A stretch of 63,281 nt of DNA from a virus (taxonomy: Duplodnaviria > Caudoviricetes). The position numbers and the translations under genes are program-made. The stretch covers positions 1 through 63,281 of the IMG/VR virus record IMGVR_UViG_3300011921_000006; one strand, 5' to 3'. Of this stretch, positions 36,738 through 46,218 are shown one piece after another. The notes under the pieces are model-generated. The model was given only the letters and a program-made list of their open reading frames with translations. It made no database searches and was not told the DNA's origin. Position 1 is the first letter of the stretch; each line of letters begins with the position of its first letter.

Positions 36738-37246
36738 TGCCACTCAAAAAACTGACGCCTGAGCAAACAGAATCAATACGCAATCAAGCAAACAACGGCG
36801 TAAGTGTAATTGCACTCGCAGCTAAATACAAAGTGTCTCAACAACACATATACAGAATTAAAAGTAATCAACGACGAGACAGAAAGACTAAACAAATGAG
36901 TACATACAACGGATGGACTAATTACGCAACATGGTTGTTTTATTTACATCACCAAGAAAATGTAGAGCACTGGTATTACGATGAGCCAGCAAGCACACGT
37001 AAAGACCTTGATGAAACACATCTTCAAAATTACTTTGAGGAAATGTATAGCGAACTGATGCATGATGTTGCGAACACTTACATTACTGACGTTTTCAATA
37101 ACGAGTTGCGTGACGTGAATTGGAGGGAGGTGATGAAGACACTACGAGAAGAAGACGAATCTACTGACGCCAACTGGACAGAAGAAACACAAATACAAAA
37201 CTACTTAGATCATGTAGCAGAAAACAAAGATAGAGAGAGAAACTAA
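36737..37246 (+). CDS. HTH domain fused to acidic YNGWTNY-family domain
   Basis: KKLT.EQ...IR.....G.S...LA.KY.VS...I..I then MSTYNGWTNYATW. Confidence 0.65.
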   Translation: MPLKKLTPEQTESIRNQANNGVSVIALAAKYKVSQQHIYRIKSNQRRDRKTKQMSTYNGWTNYATWLFYLHHQENVEHWYYDEPASTRKDLDETHLQNYFEEMYSELMHDVANTYITDVFNNELRDVNWREVMKTLREEDESTDANWTEETQIQNYLDHVAENKDRERN

Positions 37247-38139
37247 TGACAGCACAACAATACCTCGCTAAATTCGGGCTGGATGCAAATCCAGCCCTTT
37301 TTACTAACGTACACAATGGCAAACATATGAAGCCTAAGTACAACTCATACTGCATCTACGATGGAGTGAGTCAACTAGATAAACAATCACGCATTATCTG
37401 CGTCATCTCTAATTGCCAGACCAATAATGAGGACTGGAACATCAAGACTGGTGACATGATTCAGTCATACATCATCATGCGTGATGTACATCCACAAGTT
37501 GCCATTGACCAACTACTTGATGGTTGTATCTGTGGTAACTGTACACATCGCAAGCGACGCAAGCGTCACACACGTACTGCTAAAGTCAAGGATGTACGTA
37601 CGTGTTACGTCAACATTGGCAAGGGTACCTCAGCTGTATGGGAGTCATTCCAAAAGGGCAACATACCCATTGTGTCTAGCACTGTTGCTGCTACCATTCA
37701 GGTAACTGCTGGCAAAAAACTACGCATGGGTACATACGGTGACCCAGTTGCCGTGCCATTCCCAATCTGGGGTGACATGTTGCGTTATGAGCTTGGTCAC
37801 ACTGGCTACACACACCAGTGGCGTATGCCGATAGCCAAGCCATTCCGTGGTGTGCTTCAAGCATCATGTGACTCATACATTGATCGATGGGAAGCCAAAC
37901 AGGCTGGTTGGGGTACGTTTCTAGTTCGTCCACACGATGGATATATTGACAAGCGCCACACTGCTTATGCCCGTGGCGCCAAACAATGCCCAAGCGATCC
38001 ATTCATTAACGAGATGCGAGTAATGCGGAATATGCTGAAAATGCATACTACATGCGATACTTGTCCTGCATCTCTACGCTGTGATGGCGATAGCGATATT
38101 GTCATCCGCGCCCATGGTTCAGCTGCACTGTGGGTTTAA
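37246..38139 (+). CDS. Cys-rich putative Fe-S protein (phage GP88/radical-SAM-related)
   Basis: KTGDMIQ, ICGNC, CYV, LRMGTYGDP, TGYTHQW, ASCDS, CP...CDTC....RC. Confidence 0.55.
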   Translation: MTAQQYLAKFGLDANPALFTNVHNGKHMKPKYNSYCIYDGVSQLDKQSRIICVISNCQTNNEDWNIKTGDMIQSYIIMRDVHPQVAIDQLLDGCICGNCTHRKRRKRHTRTAKVKDVRTCYVNIGKGTSAVWESFQKGNIPIVSSTVAATIQVTAGKKLRMGTYGDPVAVPFPIWGDMLRYELGHTGYTHQWRMPIAKPFRGVLQASCDSYIDRWEAKQAGWGTFLVRPHDGYIDKRHTAYARGAKQCPSDPFINEMRVMRNMLKMHTTCDTCPASLRCDGDSDIVIRAHGSAALWV

Positions 38140-38160
38140 TTAAACACGAGGTAAATAAAC

Positions 38161-38574
38161 ATGTTCTATTCAATAGCAGATTACGACGAGTGGTCAACTG
38201 ATCACTGGAGCGTACAAGGTCACTACACCAAAGACGGTGATTGCCTATCACCAGCCAACGGTGCGTACTTTATGGCTGCACTTGGTAAACGCATTTTCAA
38301 ATCAATTGACGTGCATTACACAGATGCAGCAATACGTCGCTTTATCAGTGAAGAAGAAGCACAAGGAGAAGTGAAAGTCACTGAAGATGAAATCATAAAC
38401 TTCATTGCCTTAGTTCAGTCCGTGTACCACGAACGCACCATAGAAGAATTTAATGAAGCTATGTGGGAATACATCTGTGACTCTACATACAGCGAGTGGA
38501 ATGACATATTTAGTGCGCATGACTTAGGTTATGCATGCAAGTTAGACGAACCAGAAGGGTGGCCAGTGCCATGA
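38161..38574 (+). CDS. Acidic hypothetical protein
   Basis: GAGGT RBS. Confidence 0.65.
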   Translation: MFYSIADYDEWSTDHWSVQGHYTKDGDCLSPANGAYFMAALGKRIFKSIDVHYTDAAIRRFISEEEAQGEVKVTEDEIINFIALVQSVYHERTIEEFNEAMWEYICDSTYSEWNDIFSAHDLGYACKLDEPEGWPVP

Positions 38575-38864
38575 CAGTAGAAGAAATTGATCAAGATCAA
38601 GAGAATTTTGAGAACGAGTTGCGATGGCTGCGGGAGAAATACCCGCAGTTTTATATTGAAGTATGGGGGCCATACGATTTTGCATTGCAACTTAATCATA
38701 ATGGATACCCGACTGGAGACGAGCTTGCACAGGCTGCAGCAGACAACTGGGATAAATGGGTAGGTGTAGTTGAAGTATTACACGACACATTTGACGCTCA
38801 CGTTGGTACGAATTGGGATCGGCTCACACAAGCAATAAAGGAGATTAATAGAGATGACAGATAA
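38571..38864 (+). CDS. Acidic hypothetical protein
   Basis: ATGA overlap at MTVEE. Confidence 0.65.
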   Translation: MTVEEIDQDQENFENELRWLREKYPQFYIEVWGPYDFALQLNHNGYPTGDELAQAAADNWDKWVGVVEVLHDTFDAHVGTNWDRLTQAIKEINRDDR

Positions 38865-39183
38865 CTACACATTTGAGCACATGACGCTCACTATTCAATC
38901 CATCAACATAGAGTGGTGGTTTGAAATGATAATGGACATGCTCCAATACAATGATTGGCTTAAGAACGTACGAGTAGTAGAACACACAGATACAAACTGG
39001 GTGCTTGAGATTATTGATGGTGAATATGAAACACATCTCATATCAGATCTAAACGTATTGGAGCATCTACGTACGTGCTGGGCAAAAGGCGATCGTACGT
39101 TCGTAGAACCACAGAATATTGACTACGACATTGTTGACTGCATAGTGCAAGAACTATGCTACGGTGAGTTAGTTTGGGGTTAA
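38854..39183 (+). CDS. Acidic conserved phage protein
   Basis: AAGGAG RBS; IDYDIVDCIVQ...YGELVWG C-terminus. Confidence 0.65.
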   Translation: MTDNYTFEHMTLTIQSINIEWWFEMIMDMLQYNDWLKNVRVVEHTDTNWVLEIIDGEYETHLISDLNVLEHLRTCWAKGDRTFVEPQNIDYDIVDCIVQELCYGELVWG

Positions 39184-39194
39184 GGAGTAACACA

Positions 39195-39701
39195 ATGCCT
39201 AATTGGTGCGTTAACACATTTATTGTTTCTGGTGACAACATCGACGATGTAACAAAATGGCAAACAGAAAACACAACTGTAGATAAACATGGTCTTTACC
39301 AAGTGGATTTCAATGGGTCAGTACCCATGCCAGATGAAGAAGATGGCAACGACTGGTACACATGGTCTCTGTCTAACTGGGGTACTAAATGGAATGCATG
39401 TTACGGATGCATACTAGAGAGCATTGGTAACGATAACGAGTTGCGGTATTCGTTTGACACTGCATGGGGTCCACCACGTGAGTGGTTCATTACTATGAGT
39501 GCAAAGTATCCAAAGCTCAACTTTGCAATGCACTACTCAGAACCCGGAATGTGCTTTGCTGGCACTATGACTAGACAAGATGGTTACTTTGATGAAGAAC
39601 AACGAGTCAATGAAGAGTTGACTGATGAAGATAAAGAAGCCATGGGTTACACACCATGCGAAGCATGTGGTGGATGGGAAGAAGAATGCATGTGTGACTA
39701 A
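39195..39701 (+). CDS. YubB/DUF1281-like ferredoxin-fold protein
   Basis: MPNWC.N, WY.W...NWGTKWNA, FDTAWGPP, EPGMCFAG. Confidence 0.8.
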   Translation: MPNWCVNTFIVSGDNIDDVTKWQTENTTVDKHGLYQVDFNGSVPMPDEEDGNDWYTWSLSNWGTKWNACYGCILESIGNDNELRYSFDTAWGPPREWFITMSAKYPKLNFAMHYSEPGMCFAGTMTRQDGYFDEEQRVNEELTDEDKEAMGYTPCEACGGWEEECMCD

Positions 39702-39749
39702 CACGTGCGGTACACTATAAGTATTACTTTTAAAAATTGAAAGGTTGTT

Positions 39750-40151
39750 ATGTTACAAGAATTAATTAAGCTACTCGACGCAATGAAAGATGGCAGTGAA
39801 CACGCCGAGGGTTGGGCTAAGTTAGAACCACTCATTGGACTCAATGGGACAATCACACTGTCATGGCCTCAATGGAGATTAAAAATAGTTACATTCAAAA
39901 TCCCTAGAGATTGGGATGGTTCGACAGAGCAAGTAGATAACATTGAAGCGATGGATAACCTGTATTGGGATAAGTACATGAATATCATATGGAAGACACA
40001 CACAAATGAGAACGCTCATAAATGGTCAACAATGCAAAAATGCACCGCACCAGAAGTAGTTGACGCATTCCTAAGTGGTAATTGGACTCCACCATGGAAG
40101 TGTGGGTATTGCGTGTCAAGACACAAAGGTCAAATCCAACCAAAGTTCTAA
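39750..40151 (+). CDS. Hypothetical protein
   Basis: 133 aa, AAGGT RBS, CGYC near end. Confidence 0.6.
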   Translation: MLQELIKLLDAMKDGSEHAEGWAKLEPLIGLNGTITLSWPQWRLKIVTFKIPRDWDGSTEQVDNIEAMDNLYWDKYMNIIWKTHTNENAHKWSTMQKCTAPEVVDAFLSGNWTPPWKCGYCVSRHKGQIQPKF

Positions 40152-40708
40152 TGCCTACCCGCAAACGCAATAATCATTACCCTGTGTGTTATCTAATTAC
40201 TTCAGGTTCATACAGGGTATCTGTCAGTAATCAATTTACTGCAAAGGTCATCTATCAATTGTGGTGTCAAGTTGCTATACAAAAACAAACTACAACTACG
40301 GTTACAGTCATGGCCCTAATGAGTCCAACATCGTATGGAACATGGGGGAAGAAACACATCATTCAACTAATTAATGGTGTGTGGAAACAACGACTGGTAG
40401 CAAAGTCATTTATAAAACAAGGAGTACAACATGAACAGACAGCAAACGCAGAGTTTAAATTATATGGAGATGAATATGAGTGGAATGCATTTAAAACATA
40501 CGATGCAATGCCTACACATATTGCAACATCAGTGACTAATGCATTGATGTACCCGCAGATTCTTCAGTTAATCTTACGTGCGCCAACTGCACTTGCAGCT
40601 CATGTAGCTATAAAAGTAGAAGGCTTGACTCACTACGATGATGATACAAAAATCACAAACATAAAGGAAGTTTGGAATTTTTTACATCATGAGGTCAAAC
40701 GATTATGA
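40151..40708 (+). CDS. Hypothetical protein
   Basis: TAATG coupling at MPTRK. Confidence 0.55.
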   Translation: MPTRKRNNHYPVCYLITSGSYRVSVSNQFTAKVIYQLWCQVAIQKQTTTTVTVMALMSPTSYGTWGKKHIIQLINGVWKQRLVAKSFIKQGVQHEQTANAEFKLYGDEYEWNAFKTYDAMPTHIATSVTNALMYPQILQLILRAPTALAAHVAIKVEGLTHYDDDTKITNIKEVWNFLHHEVKRL

Positions 40709-40823
40709 TTACAACGATAAGTACAAAGAACACATTAAAAACAATCCATATGCTGGTTGCCTTGGCGTCATTGCCAACATCATCATTGGGATAATTATGT
40801 ATTTAGTGTACAGTCGTCTATGA
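40689..40823 (+). CDS. 44-aa membrane microprotein (not in ORF track)
   Basis: MRSNDYDYNDKYKEHIKNNPYAGCLGVIANIIIGIIMYLVYSRL; fills gap, ATGA overlap with next gene. Confidence 0.45.
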   Translation: MRSNDYDYNDKYKEHIKNNPYAGCLGVIANIIIGIIMYLVYSRL

Positions 40824-41203
40824 GAAAAAATGCCGAGGCTTTATTACAACAGCAAGTCAAAACCTTACTTACATCTTGTGGTTACACTGTCATAGAAGTC
40901 GGTAAAACAAGAGCCAAAACTAAATGCAACTCATGTGGGTCATGGTCTTACCCACGTGGGTGGCAAGGCAACACACTTGGTGCGCCTGATCTATACATAC
41001 ATCACAAGCAATGGCATAAGACTGCCCTCGGCATTGAACTTAAAACAGAGAAAGGAGCTGTAAGAGAAAAACAACAAGAGTTGGCTGACGATAATTTAAC
41101 TACTATTTGTAGAAGCCTCGACGATGTAATCGTTGCGGTAATAAAGATAGATGACCTATTTAACTTAGATTCAAAACTAAAGAAAGTGACTTGGATAACT
41201 TAA
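40820..41203 (+). CDS. VRR-NUC (PD-D/ExK) nuclease / resolvase
   Basis: E..LQ..V, GAPDL, IELKTEKG.V...Q, CRSLDD; inserted CNSC. Confidence 0.85.
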   Translation: MRKNAEALLQQQVKTLLTSCGYTVIEVGKTRAKTKCNSCGSWSYPRGWQGNTLGAPDLYIHHKQWHKTALGIELKTEKGAVREKQQELADDNLTTICRSLDDVIVAVIKIDDLFNLDSKLKKVTWIT

Positions 41204-41853
41204 TGGATTGGGATTTTACATTGGATAATCACGACTGTGATGTGATTACTGAAGCATACGAAAAGTTATATGTACTGGTTAGAACAGCAGAATCTGATGG
41301 GTATGACAAAGATTTATTTGACTGTTATATGTCACGAAATGGTGAGTTTACATACCTTCTTACATTTACATCACTATGGAATGCAGAGCAGTATGCAGTC
41401 AAACATGAGATGGACAAACACAAATATGTAATTACAGATGTGTCACCTAGTGACATACTCACACGATTTAGATGTATATCAATTGACGGAGAAAAACTAC
41501 TAGCACTTGCACATAACGGTAGACCAATCATCACGCCGTTAATGCTGCCAACATACAGCCTATACCCGAACGAGAACATGATCTGGCTCTATTACAAGTC
41601 AAACAAGACAGGAGATATAGTTCAAGACCGTGACTTTATACTTGCCGATACTGTTCCAGATCGGTTACGCACTGCAATGACAGATGTAGTTGGCATATAT
41701 CCTGATGACATTTGCAACTACACAATGGTGGGCACAACACTTAAAGATATCAACAAGGAACACGAGTGGTTGTCTTGTCGTGGTATTGAATGGAACATTA
41801 CAGATGCGATGAGGTTATCCAAATCTCAACGAATAGAAAGAGGAGAAGAATAA
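41203..41853 (+). CDS. Hypothetical protein
   Basis: Coupled to both neighbours; start may be 41191 or 41203. Confidence 0.65.
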   Translation: MDWDFTLDNHDCDVITEAYEKLYVLVRTAESDGYDKDLFDCYMSRNGEFTYLLTFTSLWNAEQYAVKHEMDKHKYVITDVSPSDILTRFRCISIDGEKLLALAHNGRPIITPLMLPTYSLYPNENMIWLYYKSNKTGDIVQDRDFILADTVPDRLRTAMTDVVGIYPDDICNYTMVGTTLKDINKEHEWLSCRGIEWNITDAMRLSKSQRIERGEE

Positions 41854-42449
41854 TGTTTAGTCCACGTGATCACTTTATCAACTTAAAAGGCAAGCAGTAC
41901 TTGCCAGTCGCAGCTCGTATTGCTTGGTTCCGTGAAGACCATGCAGATTGGACAATCAATACATATCCAGTACCCGATCTTTCGGGTGCTGACTACTGTA
42001 CATTTGCGGCAGAGATTCTTAATGATGATGGAAAGCTAATTGCAAAAGGGCATAAGACAGAGCATGAAAAACACTTTGCTGATTATAGAGAGAAGGCAGA
42101 GACTGGTGCTATTGGACGAGCACTTGCGTTGTGTGGTTACGGAACACTGTTTGCACAGGAACTAGAAGAACCTATTACACCGGCTGGTGAAACTCGTATT
42201 GTTGATACACCACAGAAAGTAAAAGTCACTGGAACTGCAACAACACTCACTCCGGGTAAGCAGTTTGCATACGAGTGTAAACGTATATGGGGATCAGGCA
42301 TCACGCCATCTGACATGAAGCGTGTGTTCTTTAAACTGGCCGGACACACAGACACTAGCGATGAGAATCTTAAGCTGGTAGTTGAGGTGTTGATGGGTTT
42401 CAATACACCAGAAGAAGCAGAGTCAGTATTTTTGGCAGAGGAAGAGTAA
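41853..42449 (+). CDS. Putative single-strand annealing recombinase (Rad52/Sak-like)
   Basis: LKGKQYLPVAARIAWFR, EKAETGAIGRALALCGYG; adjacent to Gam-like gene. Confidence 0.65.
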   Translation: MFSPRDHFINLKGKQYLPVAARIAWFREDHADWTINTYPVPDLSGADYCTFAAEILNDDGKLIAKGHKTEHEKHFADYREKAETGAIGRALALCGYGTLFAQELEEPITPAGETRIVDTPQKVKVTGTATTLTPGKQFAYECKRIWGSGITPSDMKRVFFKLAGHTDTSDENLKLVVEVLMGFNTPEEAESVFLAEEE

Positions 42450-43013
42450 ATGGATACAAGTAAATTTGACATCATTGGTGATAGCTATTACGAGATTGAG
42501 ACCGGCGAATATGCCGGTCCAGTTGATGGGTGGCTTGGTGAGGAACTGGCATCAGAAGATCAAGTACTCCTTGCAATGCAACGCTTGTTGCAATATGAGA
42601 CAGAACTTAAAGCACAGCAACTAGCAATGCAGTCTGTTGTAGAACGATGCAAGTCTATGGTCAAAGACAAAGAGCGCAAAGTTCAATGGCTACAGTCTCG
42701 TTATGGCGCTCAAATTGCAGATTTTGCCAAGAAGCAGTTGATTGGTAAAGCTAAAACATGGAAGTGTCCATGGGGACAAGTTGCTTTCCGCAACTCGCAA
42801 CCAACGTTTTCTATTCTTGATGAAGAGAAAGCAGCGTATGTAATTCCATTGTCATTAGGCGCAATCAAGATTGAGCATAAAGTTTACAAAAGTAAGATAC
42901 CAAAAGAAGTTCAACTTACACTTGTAGATCAATACCCAGATCTGTTCAGTATGACTGAAGCATCTGAAAACTTTAGCATAAAGTCATTGACAGCAACCGA
43001 TACTGAGGAGTAA
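42450..43013 (+). CDS. Mu Gam / Siphovirus gp157-like host-nuclease inhibitor
   Basis: Coiled coil then KTWKCPWGQVAFR. Confidence 0.7.
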   Translation: MDTSKFDIIGDSYYEIETGEYAGPVDGWLGEELASEDQVLLAMQRLLQYETELKAQQLAMQSVVERCKSMVKDKERKVQWLQSRYGAQIADFAKKQLIGKAKTWKCPWGQVAFRNSQPTFSILDEEKAAYVIPLSLGAIKIEHKVYKSKIPKEVQLTLVDQYPDLFSMTEASENFSIKSLTATDTEE

Positions 43014-43099
43014 GATTGCAGTGCTCCGTACCAATATCCAACGGAGCACAACTACCAAATGGAGGACCACGGACATCAACACCGTGGTCCTTTTGCATC
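43014..43099 (+). ncRNA. Candidate three-way-junction RNA element
   Basis: 9-bp and 12-bp hairpins enclosed by GATTGCA/TGCATC. Confidence 0.45.
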
Positions 43100-43114
43100 C
43101 ATAAAGGAAAGAGA

Positions 43115-43717
43115 ATGAGTGACGAATTAGTTTATATAGGTAGCATTCCTGACGCCGTTAGCGTAACCGACGTAGGACTACAGTTTAATCACGATATTGA
43201 ATACGATCAGTGGCTACGACTAATGGCTACACTTCAACAACTTACAACAGCATTTCAATTTGCAATTGGCGACGCATTAAATTATGGGCAAAAAAGATAC
43301 GGAGAAAAGTATGCACAGGCTATGGATGCTACTGGTTGCGCTTATCAGAGTCTTGCTAACTGGAGCTGGGTTTCTAGCAATGTTCCTATTGATAACCGCA
43401 TTGCAGGTATCAGCTGGACTCATCACAGGATTGTCGCGCATGTGGGGACGGAACAACAAAAGCAATTACTAGAATCAGCTAAAGCTCGTAATTTATCTGT
43501 AACAGAATTTGAAAGAGAACTCAAAGGTGATCCAGAAGAAGAGAAGAAACCATTAAAACAAATAACTATTCCAGAGGGATGGACTGTTGATGATGCGAAC
43601 AAAGCACTTGAGATAGTTAGTTCTTATAGACAAGGTCTTGAAAGATTAAGCGCAGCACTAGATGCTGACGATGAACCAGTGCAGAGATATTGCGCTGAAT
43701 GTCCATATAACAACTAA
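43115..43717 (+). CDS. LmbU-like transcriptional regulator
   Basis: GL.F.....Y.QW, QFAIGDALNYG..RYGEKY.QA...TG..YQSL.N, SWTHH..VA; AAGGA before MSDEL. Confidence 0.75.
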   Translation: MSDELVYIGSIPDAVSVTDVGLQFNHDIEYDQWLRLMATLQQLTTAFQFAIGDALNYGQKRYGEKYAQAMDATGCAYQSLANWSWVSSNVPIDNRIAGISWTHHRIVAHVGTEQQKQLLESAKARNLSVTEFERELKGDPEEEKKPLKQITIPEGWTVDDANKALEIVSSYRQGLERLSAALDADDEPVQRYCAECPYNN

Positions 43718-43726
43718 GGGTAAGGC

Positions 43727-44440
43727 ATGATTACCGTATTCAATGGCAAGTCGTTTGGCTTGTCGGGTGGCAAATCGTCTGGTTTTGTACAGATGGACAG
43801 ATTGCTTGTTGATCACATAAAGAGTTTTACGCCGTCAGGATTTGTTGTATTCATGGCAATCGTGATGCATGTAGACAACGAGGGTTATTGCTGGCCTAGT
43901 ATTCGTAGGTTATGTGAATGCACAGGACTTTCTGAGACAACAGTAAAATCCGCATTGCATTATTTGACTGGCATGAAGATAAATGAAAAACGATTGCTTG
44001 AAGTCAATGCGAGAACTTCTCCCAATGGGAGAACAACAAGCAATGGATACAAGCTATTTCCTGATTCTATAGATCACAACCCTAATGTAAATGTCACATC
44101 GGTCAAGCAAGTAAAAGCAGATACAGCAAAGGAAGATGATCCAGCATTTCCTTTATATCAAGCATTTAAGAAAGCGCGGTGGGGGATAGTGTCTGAGTCA
44201 GCAATTACAGACAAGGAGTGGAAAGATGTACGTCTGATTATATGGCAGATGCATAAAGCTGGTGTTACAAGTGAAGACGTATGTACTCGGACAAAAGTAT
44301 TACTGAGCAAATGGAAGAATGAAGAAATGGTTACAGTTCGTTCACTGTGGAAACATTGGGGGACATATGCTCTTCCACAGCCTTTGATCAACGGTTTACC
44401 AACAAGTATTGAGGAGTGGTTCAATGACAATGACAGATAA
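43727..44440 (+). CDS. Replication initiator with winged HTH
   Basis: GYCWPSIRRLCECTGLSETTVKSAL, GRTTSNGYKL; upstream of loader and DnaB. Confidence 0.8.
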   Translation: MITVFNGKSFGLSGGKSSGFVQMDRLLVDHIKSFTPSGFVVFMAIVMHVDNEGYCWPSIRRLCECTGLSETTVKSALHYLTGMKINEKRLLEVNARTSPNGRTTSNGYKLFPDSIDHNPNVNVTSVKQVKADTAKEDDPAFPLYQAFKKARWGIVSESAITDKEWKDVRLIIWQMHKAGVTSEDVCTRTKVLLSKWKNEEMVTVRSLWKHWGTYALPQPLINGLPTSIEEWFNDNDR

Positions 44441-44858
44441 ATTATTAGCGGTTCTTTCTCAATTACCCAGTTCTATTCAGTGGAATGAGACAAGCCAAAC
44501 TGTGTATCGAGTTGCCATCAATGGTTTAACGGATGAAGATATCAAGGGTGGCTGCCAAAGGATTCTTACACGGTGCAAGTTCAGGCCTACACCTTCAGAG
44601 GTTCTTAATTACATTGCTATAGAGAAGTATGGAGATGCCCAACCACACATGGTTACACATGACATCAGTGAGGGAATAAGATTAGGCACTGATCCTAATA
44701 AACTTCACCCAACCGTTGTACTTGTATTAAAGAAAACTGGTGGTTATAGGGCGTGGAGAGTTGAGCCACCATTAAAAGGTCAGCAACTACAAGACGTAAT
44801 TAATGAAGTACACATAGTGAGGTTAACGGAATACATTAATGAACAAAGAAACAAGTAG
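44424..44858 (+). CDS. Putative helicase loader/inhibitor (SPP1 G39P / lambda P position)
   Basis: CKFRPTPSEV motif; GAGGAG RBS; between initiator and helicase. Confidence 0.65.
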   Translation: MTMTDKLLAVLSQLPSSIQWNETSQTVYRVAINGLTDEDIKGGCQRILTRCKFRPTPSEVLNYIAIEKYGDAQPHMVTHDISEGIRLGTDPNKLHPTVVLVLKKTGGYRAWRVEPPLKGQQLQDVINEVHIVRLTEYINEQRNK

Positions 44859-46218
44859 AAGCCTTGGCTTCAACATAGAAATCCCATCGGACGTTATGAG
44901 TGAGCAATCACTTATAGCGTCTGTTCTTCTTGGAGGCAAGAGGTTATTCAAGAGCCTGTCACACATCGACAAGGGAATGTTCTACAGGGTCGCTCACAGC
45001 CTCATCTGGGAGGCTTATCTTACTATTGATGCATCTGGTCAAGACATCGATATTGTTACTGTAAATGAGGAGCTGACAAGGCGTAATGCACTAGAGGCTT
45101 GTGGTGGACTTGGATACATTATGCAATGTGCTGAGTTACTCCCATCAACGTCAAACTACGAAAGTTACGTTAAGTTAGTAACTGACTATCACCGACGCCG
45201 TGAGATTATCTTCTCGTCAGAATTAGCAAGCAAGAAAGCATCTGATTGCGACTCAGACATTGACAAAATTATCGCTGATTTAAATAACTCTGTTACGTTT
45301 ATTAACTCCGGAAACTCTACGGACGATTTATCTAAACTAATATGGGATACAACTAATGAGGCAATTTCTAGGGAGAATGATAAAACAGACTTTTCTATAG
45401 ATTCTGGTTACAATTCAATAGATTCAATTACAGGAGGGTGGAGAAATGGAGAATTGATTATTTTAGGGGGAAGGCCATCGATGGGTAAGTCTAGTCTTGG
45501 ATTGCAATATGCATGGAATGCAGCTAAGTTCATGAGGAGCTTAGAAGAAAAGACCGGAGTACTCATTGTAAGTGCAGAGATGTCAAAAGATATGGTTACT
45601 GCACGTATGTTGTCAATCTACAGTGAAGTGGATAGTCAAGTTATACAGACTAAGAAACTGAATAACTACCAAAAGGATCAGCTACACACAGTAGCTAGAG
45701 AGGCTAAGACACTTAATGTTAGGATTGTTGCAGATAAAACTGTCACCCTTGGAGGAATCAGAGATGCCATTGCATCCACACAAAAATCTTTTCATGTTGG
45801 CTTGGTGGTTGTTGATTACCTACAGATGATTGCTATGCCTAGTTCGTACAAGTCTGAAAACAGAACTAGAGATATTGGAGTTATAAGTCGTGGGCTTAAA
45901 GATATTGCACGTGAGTTTGCGTGTCCTGTTATTGCTCTTTCTAGTTTGTCTCGCGCTGTAGAACAACGGCAAGATAAACGCCCTATGATGTCCGATTTAA
46001 GAGAATCTGGTGATATCGAATCAGACGCAGATGTCATACAGTTTATCTATCGTGCTGGTTACTACGATAAAAAGAATGAAGGAGATTATGAAGAGCCGTC
46101 TGATAAAGCTGAAGTGATTACAGCCAAAAACAGAAATGGCAGAACCGGGGTGTCACTGCTTGAGTTTCATCCCCAGTTTGCCAAGTTCACTGATTATGGT
46201 TTAGACAGTCTTCTTTAG
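44839..46218 (+). CDS. dnaB: Replicative DNA helicase
   Basis: GRPSMGKS, SAEMS, VVDYLQ, SDLRESG, AKNRNG.TG. Confidence 0.95.
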   Translation: MNKETSRSLGFNIEIPSDVMSEQSLIASVLLGGKRLFKSLSHIDKGMFYRVAHSLIWEAYLTIDASGQDIDIVTVNEELTRRNALEACGGLGYIMQCAELLPSTSNYESYVKLVTDYHRRREIIFSSELASKKASDCDSDIDKIIADLNNSVTFINSGNSTDDLSKLIWDTTNEAISRENDKTDFSIDSGYNSIDSITGGWRNGELIILGGRPSMGKSSLGLQYAWNAAKFMRSLEEKTGVLIVSAEMSKDMVTARMLSIYSEVDSQVIQTKKLNNYQKDQLHTVAREAKTLNVRIVADKTVTLGGIRDAIASTQKSFHVGLVVVDYLQMIAMPSSYKSENRTRDIGVISRGLKDIAREFACPVIALSSLSRAVEQRQDKRPMMSDLRESGDIESDADVIQFIYRAGYYDKKNEGDYEEPSDKAEVITAKNRNGRTGVSLLEFHPQFAKFTDYGLDSLL

